Source: an uncultured Elusimicrobia bacterium (GTDB taxonomy: Bacteria > Elusimicrobiota > Elusimicrobia > 2-01-FULL-59-12). Taken from it: a stretch of DNA of 64,000 nt. Numbering within the stretch: position 1 is the stretch's first letter; each line of letters starts with the position of its first letter. The notes below the pieces were generated by a model that worked only from the letters and a program-made list of their open reading frames with translations, searched no databases and was not told the origin of the DNA. A program made the translations under genes and the position numbers. The stretch is taken from contig OY969767.1 in NCBI GenBank assembly GCA_963702895.1, forward strand, positions 224,001 to 288,000, in the 5' to 3' direction. Shown here piece after piece: positions 27,462 to 38,919 of this stretch.

Positions 27462-28547
27462 TGGCCTCAAGGGACGCCATTGCTGTTGAACACCTTCACC
27501 ATACCTATCCCGCCAAGCGGCCGTCTAAAGTCGAGCATCAGGCGCTCCAGGACGTCACCTTCACGGTTCAAGTGGGGGAAATGTTCGCTTTGCTGGGGCC
27601 CAACGGCGGCGGCAAAAGCACCACGTTTTACATCCTGTCGACCTTTTTCCTCCCAGCGCGGGAACGGCGGTCCTTTTTGGCCATGATGTGGTCAAAAACC
27701 CAGAATCCGTCCGCCGTGATCTGGGCGTGGTTTTTCAGTCGCCGGGTCTGGACGGGAAACTCACCGTCCAAGAAAATCTCCTCCACCAGGGGCACCTCTA
27801 TGGCCTCTCAGGCCAGGCCCTCCAGGAGCGTATCGCACTTCTGTTGTCCCGGATGGGACTCGCCTCCCGGAGTGCGGCTTTTGTGGAGACGCTCTCCGGA
27901 GGGCTTAAGCGCCGCGTGGAAATCGCCAAAGGCCTCCTGCACAAACCGAAGCTTTTGCTTCTGGATGAGCCCTCCACGGGCCTTGACCCCGCTTCACGGC
28001 GTGATCTCTGGGACCTTCTTCTCGAACTCAAAAACAAAGAACAGGTGACGATCGTGGTCACGACCCACTTGATGGAAGAGGCGGAGAAGTGTGACCGTGT
28101 CGCGATCTTAAATGAAGGGCGACTCGTGGCTCTCGGTACGCCCGCGGAGCTCAAGCATGAGATCGGCGGCGATATCATTTCCCTTGAGAGCGCGCAGCCC
28201 GCTCGTCTCCAAGAGGCCATCGAAAAGCAATACGGTGAGCGTGTTCAGGTGATCGGGCCAACACTCCGAATGGAACGTTCCAAGGGCCATGAATTTATCC
28301 CGAAGCTGGTTGCGGATTTTCCCGGCCTGATTCAATCCGTGACCTTAAGCAAGCCGACGTTGGAGGACGTCTTTATCAAACGGACCGGCCACCGGTTGTG
28401 GAGCGGGAATAAGTCCTCCCCCCTGGTGGGGGAGGAGGCAGGTGGGGGGGAGAACCCCCATCCCGGCCTTCCCCCACTCCGCCACTACGGCTCGGCGGAC
28501 GCGCCGACGACTCAGTGGCGCGAAGGGGGGAAGGGGATTTGCGATGA
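27461..28547 (+). pseudogene. ABC transporter ATP-binding protein (DrrA-like); frameshift near 27653 and lost stop codon (likely assembly indels)
   Basis: Walker A GPNGGGKST lies in the frame starting at 27461; LSGG and LLLDEP lie in the 27688 frame; one extra base gives ...FLPSAGTAVLFGHDVVK. Confidence 0.85.
28414..28536. repeat. Palindromic element (TCCTCCCCC...GGGGGAGGA; CCTTCCCCC...GGGGGAAGG) with nested hairpins at 28478-28522
   Basis: Direct reading; same broad family as 9916-10044. Confidence 0.75.
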
Positions 28548-29341
28548 AACTCTTTCTCCTGGCGACCTATACGCTGTGGCAGCGCGAGATCGTGCGCTTC
28601 CTGCGCCAACGGAGCCGCGTCATCGGCGCGCTCGTGCCTCCGGTGCTCTTTTGGTTTTTGATCGGGTCCGGGCTCGGGAGTTCCTTTCACGCGGCACCGG
28701 CTCTGGCAGGTGGCGACAGCGCAATCTCCGGGGTGAACTATCTTCAGTACTTCTTTCCAGGCACCGTCCTCCTGATCGTACTTTTTACCGCCATTTTCTC
28801 CACGATTTCCGTCATTGAAGACCGGCATGAGGGATTCTTGCAGTCGGTCCTGGTCGCGCCGCTGTCTCGGCTGACCCTTGTTCTGGGGAAAATCCTGGGA
28901 GGTTCGACTCTTGCTTTCGGCCAGGCCGTCCTCTTTTTGTTCCTCGTGCCTACCGCGGGCATTCAAATTCCCTTAAGCTCCTGGCCTTTTGTTCTGGTGA
29001 GCCTGCTTCTTCTGTCGTTCGGCTTGACCGGGCTCGGTTTTGTCCTGGCTTGGCTGCTCGATTCCGCGCAAGGCTACCATGCCATCATGAACCTCGTTTT
29101 AATCCCGATGTGGCTCCTTTCGGGCGCTCTCTTTCCCTCTGATGGCGCCACGCGCTGGATGCGCTGGGTGATGCAGATCAACCCTTTGAGCTATGGCCTC
29201 TCGTGCCTGCAGCGGCACATGCTGGTTCAGGGACAGCCTCTGTCGGCCGGTATGGCTTCGGATGCAGCAGGTTTTGCGGTGACGGCACTTTTTGCGCTCC
29301 TCATGCTCGGTGCCGCGGTTTGGGCAGTTCAGAAACGATGA
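28544..29341 (+). CDS. ABC-2 type transporter permease
   Basis: LWQREIVRFLRQ, YFFPG, EDRHEGFLQSVLVAP, LSGALFP, NPLSYG. Confidence 0.92.
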   Translation: MKLFLLATYTLWQREIVRFLRQRSRVIGALVPPVLFWFLIGSGLGSSFHAAPALAGGDSAISGVNYLQYFFPGTVLLIVLFTAIFSTISVIEDRHEGFLQSVLVAPLSRLTLVLGKILGGSTLAFGQAVLFLFLVPTAGIQIPLSSWPFVLVSLLLLSFGLTGLGFVLAWLLDSAQGYHAIMNLVLIPMWLLSGALFPSDGATRWMRWVMQINPLSYGLSCLQRHMLVQGQPLSAGMASDAAGFAVTALFALLMLGAAVWAVQKR

Positions 29342-29459
29342 GGCTGGCGTATCGGCCAACGCCAAATGCTCGGCTCAACTTGCCAGAAGACAAGGGCAAA
29401 CGAAGTCTATGAAAGGTGCTTTTGGAGGCTATCGGTTCTGAAGGTGGTAATCGGGTTTC

Positions 29460-29771
29460 TTACGGTGTTGTCGTGGCGAGCATTTCGGCGTGCTCTTGCA
29501 GGCCTTCCTCATGAACAATCTTCATGAGCTCACGCTCGGCCTGTCGAATTTCGGGATAGGAAGGCACGCGCATGCTGTTCATCTCATCCTGCACAAATTC
29601 GACGGTGATAGGGCTGGTGCACTCGCCAAGGATTTCCAGGAATGTCCGGCCAATGGCTCGGGGATAAGCGACGACCAGTTTTGCTAAGGTGCGTGCGGAG
29701 GCTTTCGGTAGGATTTTCCGCAAGTCGGCTTGGGGTAGTGCCAGGATGCTGAACATGCACGCCTCGGACAT
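29460..29771 (-). CDS. Small FliG C-terminal-domain-like protein
   Basis: SD AGGAGG; pattern L..LPQADLRKIL...LAK...S...E.VQDEMNSM......EIRQAE.E...I resembles FliG_C. Confidence 0.55.
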   Translation of the reverse strand: MSEACMFSILALPQADLRKILPKASARTLAKLVVAYPRAIGRTFLEILGECTSPITVEFVQDEMNSMRVPSYPEIRQAERELMKIVHEEGLQEHAEMLATTTP

Positions 29772-29888
29772 GCTTCCCTCCTATCGAAAGTGTGGCCCCG
29801 AAAGGGAGGAATGTCAATAGAAAAATGTTAAAACAATTCGTAAAATATACCTGTTTTGATATTTCTGTGATTGGGAGTTGACGAAACC

Positions 29889-30593
29889 GTGACCACCAAA
29901 TTGAAGATACGAAAACTCCTTCTTTTTGACCTCGACTGGACCCTCATCTATACAGGGGGGGCCGGTGTGAGAGCTCTCAACAAGGCGTTTGAGCAACTGT
30001 TTGCTATTAAGGATGCCATGAAGATCGTCTCTCCGGATGGGAAAACGGACCCCGCGATCTGCCGTGAGATGATCAAGGTCCATTTGAAGCGTGAGCCCCA
30101 GAAAGGCGAATTGGAGCTTTTGTGCCAGGGCTACCTTAAGCATCTGGCCCACGAAGTTCCCCAGAGTCCGGGCTACAGAGTGCTGCCCGGTGTGCCGACG
30201 TTGCTCGAGGAGCTATCCAGCCTTCCCTCCGTGCTCATGGGGCTTGGGACAGGCAATTTAGAAGAAGGGGCAAGGATCAAGCTCGTGCGCGCGGACCTCA
30301 TGAAGTATTTTCGCTTCGGCGGGTATGGCTCCGACTCCGAAGAGCGTCCGGAGGTTCTCCGAACGGCTGTGCGGCGCGGAGAAACAATAGCCGGCCGGTC
30401 CTTTGGGCCGAGGGAGGTCGTGGTGATCGGAGATAACATTCGGGACGTCCAGGCCGGCCAGGCGATCGGCGCCTTGACCCTCGCGGTAGCCTCCGGACCC
30501 ATGTCCATCGAAGATCTGGCCGCCTCCAAGCCGGACCACCTTTTCAAGGATTTGTCGGACATACGCAGGGCGCTCGACGTTCTTACGATTTGA
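29889..30593 (+). CDS. HAD-superfamily hydrolase
   Basis: LLLFDLDWTL, DGKTD, GTGNL, GGYGSD, VIGDNIRDV. Confidence 0.9.
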   Translation: MTTKLKIRKLLLFDLDWTLIYTGGAGVRALNKAFEQLFAIKDAMKIVSPDGKTDPAICREMIKVHLKREPQKGELELLCQGYLKHLAHEVPQSPGYRVLPGVPTLLEELSSLPSVLMGLGTGNLEEGARIKLVRADLMKYFRFGGYGSDSEERPEVLRTAVRRGETIAGRSFGPREVVVIGDNIRDVQAGQAIGALTLAVASGPMSIEDLAASKPDHLFKDLSDIRRALDVLTI

Positions 30594-30608
30594 GGACGTT
30601 GTTTAATC

Positions 30609-30642
30609 TGATGGACCCCCGATCGGGGCACTCGGGGATGAC
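30609..30642. repeat. Half copy of the double-hairpin REP-like element
   Basis: TGATGGACCCCCGA...TCGGGGATGAC. Confidence 0.6.
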
Positions 30643-30703
30643 ACCAACAGCTTGATGCTTGACAAGAAATGTTGCTTTTCGCTATTACATTAAGGCTTTC
30701 ACC

Positions 30704-31630
30704 ATGATTGATGTCACCCAACTCACGAAGAGCTACGGATCGACGCTCGCGCTGGACCATGTGACGTTCTCCATTCAACCCGGGGAAGTCGTGGGGCTCT
30801 TGGGGCCCAACGGCGCTGGCAAAACCACGATGCTCAAGATCCTCACCGGCTTCATGCCGCCCTCCGAGGGCACGGCGCGCGTCGCCCATTTCGATATCAC
30901 GGACGAGTCGCTCGAGCTTCGCCGGCGCATCGGATACTTGCCGGAGACCAACCCGCTCTATGAGGAGCTTGCGGTGTACGAATCCCTTCTCTGGACGGCG
31001 AAATTTCGCGCCATCCCAGTCGAAAGGCGCGAGGATGCTCTTCGCAAAGTGATTCAGACCTGCGGTTTGGCCTCTGTTGTTGGAAAAGACATCGCCCATC
31101 TGTCCAAAGGGTTTCGCCAGCGCGTGGGACTTGCTCAGGCGATACTCCATGACCCGGAAATCCTGATTCTGGATGAGCCCACTTCAGGGCTTGATCCCAA
31201 TCAGCAGCTCGAAGTCCGGCAGCTCATCCAGACCCTCAAACAGAAGAAGACCGTCTTGATCTCCACGCACATTCTTTCCGAGGCCCAGAGCGCCTGTGAC
31301 CGGGTGCTCATCATTCATAAAGGAAAGATTGTCGCGGACGGCACCCCGGACCTTCTGCGGCAGAGCCTTTCGAAGGGCCAGCGCCTGTTGCTTGAGCTCA
31401 AAGGGCCCCAGGCGGGCGCGTCCGAGGTGCTCCGCGGTCTTCCGGGTGTTGATCAAGTCATCGTCCAAAAGGAAGAAGGCGACCGTCTGAGCCTCATCCT
31501 CGAGACTCGAGAAGCTGATCTGCGAGAAATGATTTTTGATGTCGCTGTCGAAAAGCATTGGAAAATTCTGCAAATGACGCCGGAAACATTCTCCTTGGAG
31601 GATGTGTTCCGGCAATTGACCACATCATGA
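30704..31630 (+). CDS. GldA-like ABC ATP-binding protein
   Basis: GPNGAGKTT, GYLPE, LSKGFRQRVGLAQA, ILDEPTSGLDPNQ, STHIL. Confidence 0.92.
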   Translation: MIDVTQLTKSYGSTLALDHVTFSIQPGEVVGLLGPNGAGKTTMLKILTGFMPPSEGTARVAHFDITDESLELRRRIGYLPETNPLYEELAVYESLLWTAKFRAIPVERREDALRKVIQTCGLASVVGKDIAHLSKGFRQRVGLAQAILHDPEILILDEPTSGLDPNQQLEVRQLIQTLKQKKTVLISTHILSEAQSACDRVLIIHKGKIVADGTPDLLRQSLSKGQRLLLELKGPQAGASEVLRGLPGVDQVIVQKEEGDRLSLILETREADLREMIFDVAVEKHWKILQMTPETFSLEDVFRQLTTS

Positions 31631-32343
31631 CCCATAACCCAATTTTGATCCTTGCCCGTAAAGAGTTGATGACGCTACTCAACATGCCTACGACGTATGT
31701 GATCACAGTCGCCTTTTTGCTCGTGACGGGCTGGCTCTTTGTCTCGCCGCTTTTCCTCATGAACCAGAGCGCCTTGGACGGCTTTCTCCGGCCGCTGCCG
31801 CTCATCTTTACGTTCCTCGTCCCCGCGCTCACGATGCGGTCCTTCGCGGAGGAATGGAAAGCGGGGACCATCGAATACCTCTGCACCCTTCCGATTGAGG
31901 ACCACGAGATCGTCATCGCCAAGTATCTCGCCTCTATGGGAATGATCGGGGTGCTCCTTCTCTTTACGCTGTGCTATCCCGCGGTGCTCCTCGTGGTGGG
32001 CCGTCCGGACCCGGGGCAGATGATCGGCGCTTACGTGGCCATCCTGGGCCTCGCCTCGTTTTTCGCCGCGATCGGGCTCTGGGCCTCCTCCTTTACACGC
32101 AACCAGGTGGTCGCCTTCATCGTTGGATTCTTTGTTTGTTTTCTGTTCTTTCTCTTGGGTCGTATCGCGGACTTTCTTCCGGGAATGCTGTCGAGCTTCG
32201 TGAGGACGTTGAGCGTGGAGACACACTTCGACGCTTTGGCGCGCGGTGTGCTCGATAGCCGTGACCTGCTCTATTGGGTGAGCGGCACGGCTTTCTTTTT
32301 AATCTGGACCCATTCCGTGCTTCAATCGAAAAAATGGCACTGA
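31627..32343 (+). CDS. GldF-like ABC permease
   Basis: LTMRSFAEEWKAGTIEYL, NQVVAFI, HFDALARGVLDSRDLLY. Confidence 0.9.
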   Translation: MTHNPILILARKELMTLLNMPTTYVITVAFLLVTGWLFVSPLFLMNQSALDGFLRPLPLIFTFLVPALTMRSFAEEWKAGTIEYLCTLPIEDHEIVIAKYLASMGMIGVLLLFTLCYPAVLLVVGRPDPGQMIGAYVAILGLASFFAAIGLWASSFTRNQVVAFIVGFFVCFLFFLLGRIADFLPGMLSSFVRTLSVETHFDALARGVLDSRDLLYWVSGTAFFLIWTHSVLQSKKWH

Positions 32344-33950
32344 CGCTTCGCGAACGAAAAAAGAAGTTTCTCTTGACCGGCACGACGGGCCTTGGGCTCT
32401 GCGCGCTCATCGTGGTCCTGGTCAATGTCCTGGGCAACTGGTTTTTTGTCCGTTTGGATCTGACCACGCAGAAGGCTTATTCACTTTCGGCGTCCAGCCG
32501 GAAGCTCGTGCGCGATCTTTCCGACCCCCTGGTCATCAAGGCCTATTTCACGCCGGACCTGCCGCCGCCTTACAATATCTACGAACGCTACACGCGAGAT
32601 CTCTTGGCTGAGTACAAGTCGGCTTCCCGCGGCAGGGTCCGCTATGAGTTTGCCCTTCAAAGCCCTCCGGGAGAGTTTGAGAAGGGAGCCGGTGAGGCAG
32701 GGCTTTTGCCCATTCAGTTTAATCAATTAGGGTCGGATCAAGTCCAGATACGCCGGGGCTATATGGGCCTGGTGCTTTACCACCGGGACAAAATCGAGAC
32801 CCTGGCCATCGTGAAAAACATTCAGCAGCTGGAGTATGACCTCACGAGCCGCATCGCCAAGATGGCGGCCCGGACGAAAAAAACAATCGCGGTCATTTCC
32901 GGACACGGAGAAACCCAGTGGCAGGGACACTCCTCCAAGCTCGCGATGGATCTCGCCGACTTTTATGACCTCAAGGACACACCGCTTTCGCCTTCAACCA
33001 CGATGGCTGTTCAGGCGGATGCCTTGCTTGTCGTGGGACCGAAAGAAAAGTTTGACGAGAAATCGATCTGGGCCATCGATCAGGCCATCATGCGCGGTAT
33101 GCCTGCCGCTTTCCTGATCGATATCAAGAACTTTATGCCGGGGAGGTTCTTGGTGACGGCGCAGGACGCGGGCCTGGGGGACCTCTTGAAGCACTACGGG
33201 GTCCTCTTGGGCGATCGGCTCCTCTACGACTTCCAGTGCGAGTCGATCGGCGTCACACAAAACTTGGGGGGGCTTTCCTTCACCACGAGCCTTCCGTACC
33301 CTTACATTCCCCTGGTGAATCGGATTATGAACACCCACCCTATCGGGCGGGGGCTCGAAGCCGTTAGTCTTCCGTTTACGACCAGCATTGATCCTGTGCA
33401 AGGACTACCACCGGGTGTTCGCTTCACGCCTCTTCTTTACACCTCGGCGAAGAGCTTTTTCGCTAAAGCCCAGCCTTCGGCGAGTGTTGCTCCGAATGAC
33501 ATTCCGCGCCCGCAAGCAGACGAGCCCCATGGCCCCTATTCTGTTGGCGCGGTGGTCGAAGGGACGTTCACGAGCTTCTTCCAGGGCAAGCCCTTGCCTG
33601 TCCCCTCCCACGCTCTCATTGGCACAAGCCCCAAAACGCAGATTGTCGTTTTAGGCACAGCCCGCGTGCTCGATCCGATCTTTCCGTCCCTCACGGGCGC
33701 GGAGGGTCTCGTCAGCAACGTGCTCTCGTTTCTTTCCAAGGACGATACGCTCGCGGGCATTCGCACGAAGGGGGAAATTATCCGGCCGCTCAAGCCCCTC
33801 ACGAGCGCCCGTCGTCAGGTGGTGAAGTACGGAACGGTCCTTGTGGCCGCGTTGCTTTCCGTCGTGCTTGGCCTCTGGCGCTGGCGCCGGCGCCAGATTT
33901 GGCGCGTGACGATCGCCTCCGTCTATTCTCCAAAGGCTGTTTCTTCCTGA
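32334..33950 (+). CDS. GldG-like ABC auxiliary protein
   Basis: RLDLT..KAYSLS..S, LEYDLT, GHGE, C-terminal TM followed by a basic tail. Confidence 0.9.
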   Translation: MALTLRERKKKFLLTGTTGLGLCALIVVLVNVLGNWFFVRLDLTTQKAYSLSASSRKLVRDLSDPLVIKAYFTPDLPPPYNIYERYTRDLLAEYKSASRGRVRYEFALQSPPGEFEKGAGEAGLLPIQFNQLGSDQVQIRRGYMGLVLYHRDKIETLAIVKNIQQLEYDLTSRIAKMAARTKKTIAVISGHGETQWQGHSSKLAMDLADFYDLKDTPLSPSTTMAVQADALLVVGPKEKFDEKSIWAIDQAIMRGMPAAFLIDIKNFMPGRFLVTAQDAGLGDLLKHYGVLLGDRLLYDFQCESIGVTQNLGGLSFTTSLPYPYIPLVNRIMNTHPIGRGLEAVSLPFTTSIDPVQGLPPGVRFTPLLYTSAKSFFAKAQPSASVAPNDIPRPQADEPHGPYSVGAVVEGTFTSFFQGKPLPVPSHALIGTSPKTQIVVLGTARVLDPIFPSLTGAEGLVSNVLSFLSKDDTLAGIRTKGEIIRPLKPLTSARRQVVKYGTVLVAALLSVVLGLWRWRRRQIWRVTIASVYSPKAVSS

Positions 33951-33951
33951 G

Positions 33952-34854
33952 ATGGGCGCGTCTTTCCTGAAAAAAGTCGGAACCCTGGCGGCCATGCTCC
34001 TGGCCGCCTGGGTGATTTCGATCTACCGCCAGGTGCCGCACCGCAAAGCCCCTTTCGCCAAAGCCGTCCAGAAGGCGGAGCGCCTGCGCATGGAAAAGGC
34101 CTCCGGCCGGGTGAGCTTCGTCAAACAAAAGGGGGCTTGGTCCGTTGAACTTTCTTCGGGGGTCTACGCGCCGGTTGATGAGATGCCCTGGAAATCCCTC
34201 CTTTCAAGCCTTTCGGCGCTCACACTGGAAGATGAGATCTCTGACCGGGCGGACCGGGCCTCCGAGTTTGAGGTCGATGCGGCCAGCGGCATGCGGCTCG
34301 TCCTCGAAGACGCCCAAGGGAACGTTCTAGCCGACGGTATTTTCGGGAAGCAGGCGTCCGACTACGTGCACCTTTATTACCGGCCTTCGCAAGCGGTGAA
34401 CGTTTACATGGCGCGCGGCCTCTACCGTGGCGAGCTCGGCCAGGTCGATCCTCAGGCGTGGCGCAGCCGCGAGCTTGTGAGTATCCCGGAGCCCCAAATC
34501 AAGCGAGTGCGGATCGAATCCAAAGGTCGTCCAACGGATCTTGTGCGCGTGAGCACAAGTTCCTGGACCTCGAACGGCAAGCCCGTGCAAGCGGAGCTTG
34601 TCTATGGACTTCTCGCGAAGCTCGCTCGCCTGCGCGCGGACAGCTTTGTGGATGTTTCCTTATATCCTGCCATCACCTACGCGTCGCTCACCTATGCGCG
34701 CGTGATGATCGAGGGAGAACAATCCTCCGCGGAAGTACGCATCGGCCCCCTCGACAAAAAGACACCACGCTATCCCTTGTCTTCCGGTCAGGAAAACGGA
34801 ATAGCGTGGCTCTCTCAGGCCACCACGGATTCTATTCTAAAGTTTAATCCCTAA
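33952..34854 (+). CDS. DUF4340-like periplasmic protein
   Basis: N-terminal anchor, WRSREL motif, two internally similar halves; typical position after gldG. Confidence 0.75.
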   Translation: MGASFLKKVGTLAAMLLAAWVISIYRQVPHRKAPFAKAVQKAERLRMEKASGRVSFVKQKGAWSVELSSGVYAPVDEMPWKSLLSSLSALTLEDEISDRADRASEFEVDAASGMRLVLEDAQGNVLADGIFGKQASDYVHLYYRPSQAVNVYMARGLYRGELGQVDPQAWRSRELVSIPEPQIKRVRIESKGRPTDLVRVSTSSWTSNGKPVQAELVYGLLAKLARLRADSFVDVSLYPAITYASLTYARVMIEGEQSSAEVRIGPLDKKTPRYPLSSGQENGIAWLSQATTDSILKFNP

Positions 34855-34860
34855 TCCCTC

Positions 34861-35916
<1,056 letters not shown>

Positions 35917-36011
35917 GATGGTCGTTCTCCTTTAAAAGTTTTGAAATGGAGTCACTATTATATACGAGAACACGCCCGTCCGGTATAATGCCTAAAGGGG
36001 CTCAATTCGTC

Positions 36012-36078
36012 GTCACCCCGGCGGAAGCCGGGGTCTATCATTTTCTGCATGATAGATTCCGGCTTTCGCCGGAATGAC
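36012..36078. repeat. Double-hairpin REP-like element
   Basis: GTCACCCCGGCGGAAGCCGGGGTCTATCA...TGATAGATTCCGGCTTTCGCCGGAATGAC. Confidence 0.9.
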
Positions 36079-36097
36079 GTTTGGGTTTGTTCCTGAA

Positions 36098-37051
36098 ATG
36101 GACATGGAAAAAATCGTTTTACTTGATAAAGGGACCTTTCCCGTCGCTCTGCGTAAGCCGGCGTTCCCGCACGAATGGGTGGAGTACGATGGCACGGCAC
36201 CGGAAGAAGTCGTGGATCGACTCGAGCGCGCGACCATCGCCATCACCAACAAGGTGAAACTGCGTGAGGCAGAGCTCGCGAAGCTTCCCTCCCTTAAATT
36301 TATTGTCGTGGCCGCGACGGGATATGATGGTGTAGAACTGGCCGCCTGTCGCGCACGCCAGATCGCGGTCGCCAACGTCCCAGGCTACACAGGCGACTCT
36401 GTGCCGGAGCACGTGTTCATGATGATGCTGGCCCTCCGGCGCCATCTCCTCGACTATGCCAGCCTCATCCAGCAGGGAGCCTGGCAGCGCGCGCCGCACT
36501 TTGTCATGCAGGACTATCCCACTGAGAACCTTTCGGGAACGACCCTTGGGTTGATAGGATATGGCAGGCTGGCCCAAGCGGTGGAAAAGCGCGCTCTCGC
36601 TTTTGGGATGAACGTGATCTTGAGTGAACGTAAAGGCGCCGCGACCGTCCGTCCGGGACGTATGCCCTTTGACCAGGTCCTCCGAGAATCCGATGTGATC
36701 AGCCTGCATTGCCCGATGACACCTGGAACGAAGGGACTTCTCGGTCCCCGAGAACTTGCTCTTATGAAAAAGAAAGCTCTCCTTATTAATACGGCACGCG
36801 GCGGCCTTGTGGAGGAGGAGGCACTGGCTGAGGCGCTCAGGGCGGGCCGTCTCGCTGGCGCGGGGATCGACGTTCTCTCGGAGGAGCCCCCGCGCCATGG
36901 CAATCCTTTGCTTGATGCTCGCCTGCCTAATCTCATCGTGACGCCGCACATTGCCTGGAGCAGCCGGCAAGCCCTTGGAGTCTTGGCGGACGAAATCACT
37001 CAAAACATAGAGAGCTTTGTCCTGGGAAAGCCCAGAAACCTTGTGACATGA
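36098..37051 (+). CDS. D-2-hydroxyacid dehydrogenase (glycerate dehydrogenase-like)
   Basis: ITNKV, ATGYD, GLIGYG, SLHCP, INTARGGLV, TPHIAW. Confidence 0.93.
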   Translation: MDMEKIVLLDKGTFPVALRKPAFPHEWVEYDGTAPEEVVDRLERATIAITNKVKLREAELAKLPSLKFIVVAATGYDGVELAACRARQIAVANVPGYTGDSVPEHVFMMMLALRRHLLDYASLIQQGAWQRAPHFVMQDYPTENLSGTTLGLIGYGRLAQAVEKRALAFGMNVILSERKGAATVRPGRMPFDQVLRESDVISLHCPMTPGTKGLLGPRELALMKKKALLINTARGGLVEEEALAEALRAGRLAGAGIDVLSEEPPRHGNPLLDARLPNLIVTPHIAWSSRQALGVLADEITQNIESFVLGKPRNLVT

Positions 37052-37644
37052 TGGAACCGTCGCTCCATACAGGTGTCCAAGTCATTGATGAGATGTCTGG
37101 CACGCCGAAAGCTCACTTCGCGAGTCTCATGTGGGCGCATGGCCCCATGATCTATACCTTGGCGGTGAGGCTCACCGGCAACACGGCGGACGGCCAGGAT
37201 TTAGCCCAAGAGACCTTCGTGAAGGCGTACAAGCATCAGGCTGATTTTCGAGGAGAAAGTTCGCCTGGGACTTGGTTCTACCGCATCTGCGTGAACCTCT
37301 GGAAAAACAGGGTGCGCTACGAGAAGAGCCGGTCCTTCTCGTCTCATGTTCCCATCGACGCGGGGCCGGATGATGAACATCCTGGCACCGAAGTCGCCTC
37401 GCCGGAGGCCCCGATGGGATCGGAATTGGAGGGTTTGGACGAGCAGCAGGCTGTCCAGAAGGCACTCTCCTTGCTTTCGAATGAAGAGCGGGCGCTGGTC
37501 GTGATGCGCGATATGGACGACAAGTCTTATGAAGAAATCAGCGACCTTCTCGGGGTGCCGCTGGGTACGGTAAAATCAAGACTCGCACGCACCCGGGAAA
37601 AACTGCGCGGCATTCTTGGGCCACTGATCAAGAGGAATACATGA
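37048..37644 (+). CDS. ECF sigma-70 factor
   Basis: DLAQETFVKAY, TWFYRICVN, SYEEISDLLGVPLGTVKSRLAR. Confidence 0.93.
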   Translation: MMEPSLHTGVQVIDEMSGTPKAHFASLMWAHGPMIYTLAVRLTGNTADGQDLAQETFVKAYKHQADFRGESSPGTWFYRICVNLWKNRVRYEKSRSFSSHVPIDAGPDDEHPGTEVASPEAPMGSELEGLDEQQAVQKALSLLSNEERALVVMRDMDDKSYEEISDLLGVPLGTVKSRLARTREKLRGILGPLIKRNT

Positions 37645-38834
37645 GCACGGACTCCGAACATATCGAAGACCGATTGTCCGATTATCTGGATGGAGCGCTT
37701 CCGCCTCAAGAGCACCTGGCGGCCGCTCAGCACATCAAGATTTGCCAAGCTTGCGAGGCGCACTTTCAGGAACTCATGCGCATGCGCAAGATGCTGCACG
37801 AAAGTCCGCGTCTAGAACCGCCTGAAAGTTTTTACGCGGGTGTCTTGAGCAGGATGAAACCGAGAAACCCGATCTTGTCTTGGTTTTCCACCGGTTTTCC
37901 TTTGAAGACACTGGCCTCCGCGTGTCTGGTGATGCTCGTGGTGTGGGTCACTTACGAACAGAGGGATCGCACCAAGCAGATTCATCTGAAATCGGAGCCC
38001 GCTCTTGGAACGCCAACGCCTTCCCCTGCGCCGGCGACCGTTCCAACTCCAGCGCTCAAGTCGATGGAAGTTCAAAGTGACGTTGCGCTGGGGGAACAAT
38101 CATCGGCAAGCAAACAAGATATCCCACCGCCGCCCGTTCCTATCGAAGCCGATGGATCGGGCTTGGCTTTACAAGCCCCCGCAAGAGAGGATGAACAAAA
38201 AGCTCTCACCCAGTTCGAAGCGCCTCTTCCAACGGAGCGAGCGGCTGCGGGGTTGTCCCGTCCCGCCGATCGCGCGAGTGTGCCGAAAGCAACCAGCGCA
38301 AAGTCCGTGAGCGGAGCCAAGGCCAAAAAGAGCACCCTAACGAAAGCGCCAACATCCTCAGCTTTCACTTCGCGAGCCAGCCGGACTTCTGCCCCTACGG
38401 ATATGCTGGGCAAGCCCAAGAGGGAGGGCGCTAAAACGACGCTTGTGCAGTTTCCCACTTCTCAAGAGAAGATCCGGCCGAAGGCTCTGGTGGAATGGAG
38501 GGGAGCGAGTTCCAATATCCGGAAATTCCGGACCTATGTCGTTGAGACGCCTGGCAAGATGAAGGAGCTTTGGAATAAGCATGCGCCAGGGCTTCCAGTC
38601 CCCAAAGTGGATTTCGAGCTCTATCAGGTGGTGGGAATCACTTCCGGCAAAACCCATGCCGTGGGTTTTGGATTTGAGATTATGGGGACGCGCGATACGC
38701 CGGAAACCACGATTGTCTACTACCGTGCGGCCAAGGATTTCTTCAAGTCGAAGACAGACTCTGCCAACTATAGGCCATACCACTTCAAAGTCATTCCGAA
38801 AACCAACCTTCCCGTTAAATTCCAGAAGATATAA
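37641..38834 (+). CDS. zf-HC2 anti-sigma factor with low-complexity linker and PrcB-C-like C-terminal domain
   Basis: LSDYLDG.L....HIKICQAC, one TM, PKVDF...VVG and RPYHFKVIPK. Confidence 0.8.
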   Translation: MSTDSEHIEDRLSDYLDGALPPQEHLAAAQHIKICQACEAHFQELMRMRKMLHESPRLEPPESFYAGVLSRMKPRNPILSWFSTGFPLKTLASACLVMLVVWVTYEQRDRTKQIHLKSEPALGTPTPSPAPATVPTPALKSMEVQSDVALGEQSSASKQDIPPPPVPIEADGSGLALQAPAREDEQKALTQFEAPLPTERAAAGLSRPADRASVPKATSAKSVSGAKAKKSTLTKAPTSSAFTSRASRTSAPTDMLGKPKREGAKTTLVQFPTSQEKIRPKALVEWRGASSNIRKFRTYVVETPGKMKELWNKHAPGLPVPKVDFELYQVVGITSGKTHAVGFGFEIMGTRDTPETTIVYYRAAKDFFKSKTDSANYRPYHFKVIPKTNLPVKFQKI

Positions 38835-38919
38835 CGCGTCGTTTCGCATTTTTGGAACCTTTTCATAGAACCGGTGTCCAACGAGCAGAAGCTTAAATTC
38901 TCTTTGCCCGGAGGTCACT

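Noticed and set aside
27640..27660. Programmed -1 ribosomal frameshift in the ABC ATPase
   Set aside because: No canonical X XXY YYZ heptamer in frame; other single-base indels in the window point to assembly error.
30659..30691. TTGACA-anchored sigma70 promoter for gldA
   Set aside because: No convincing -10 hexamer at 16-18 nt spacing.
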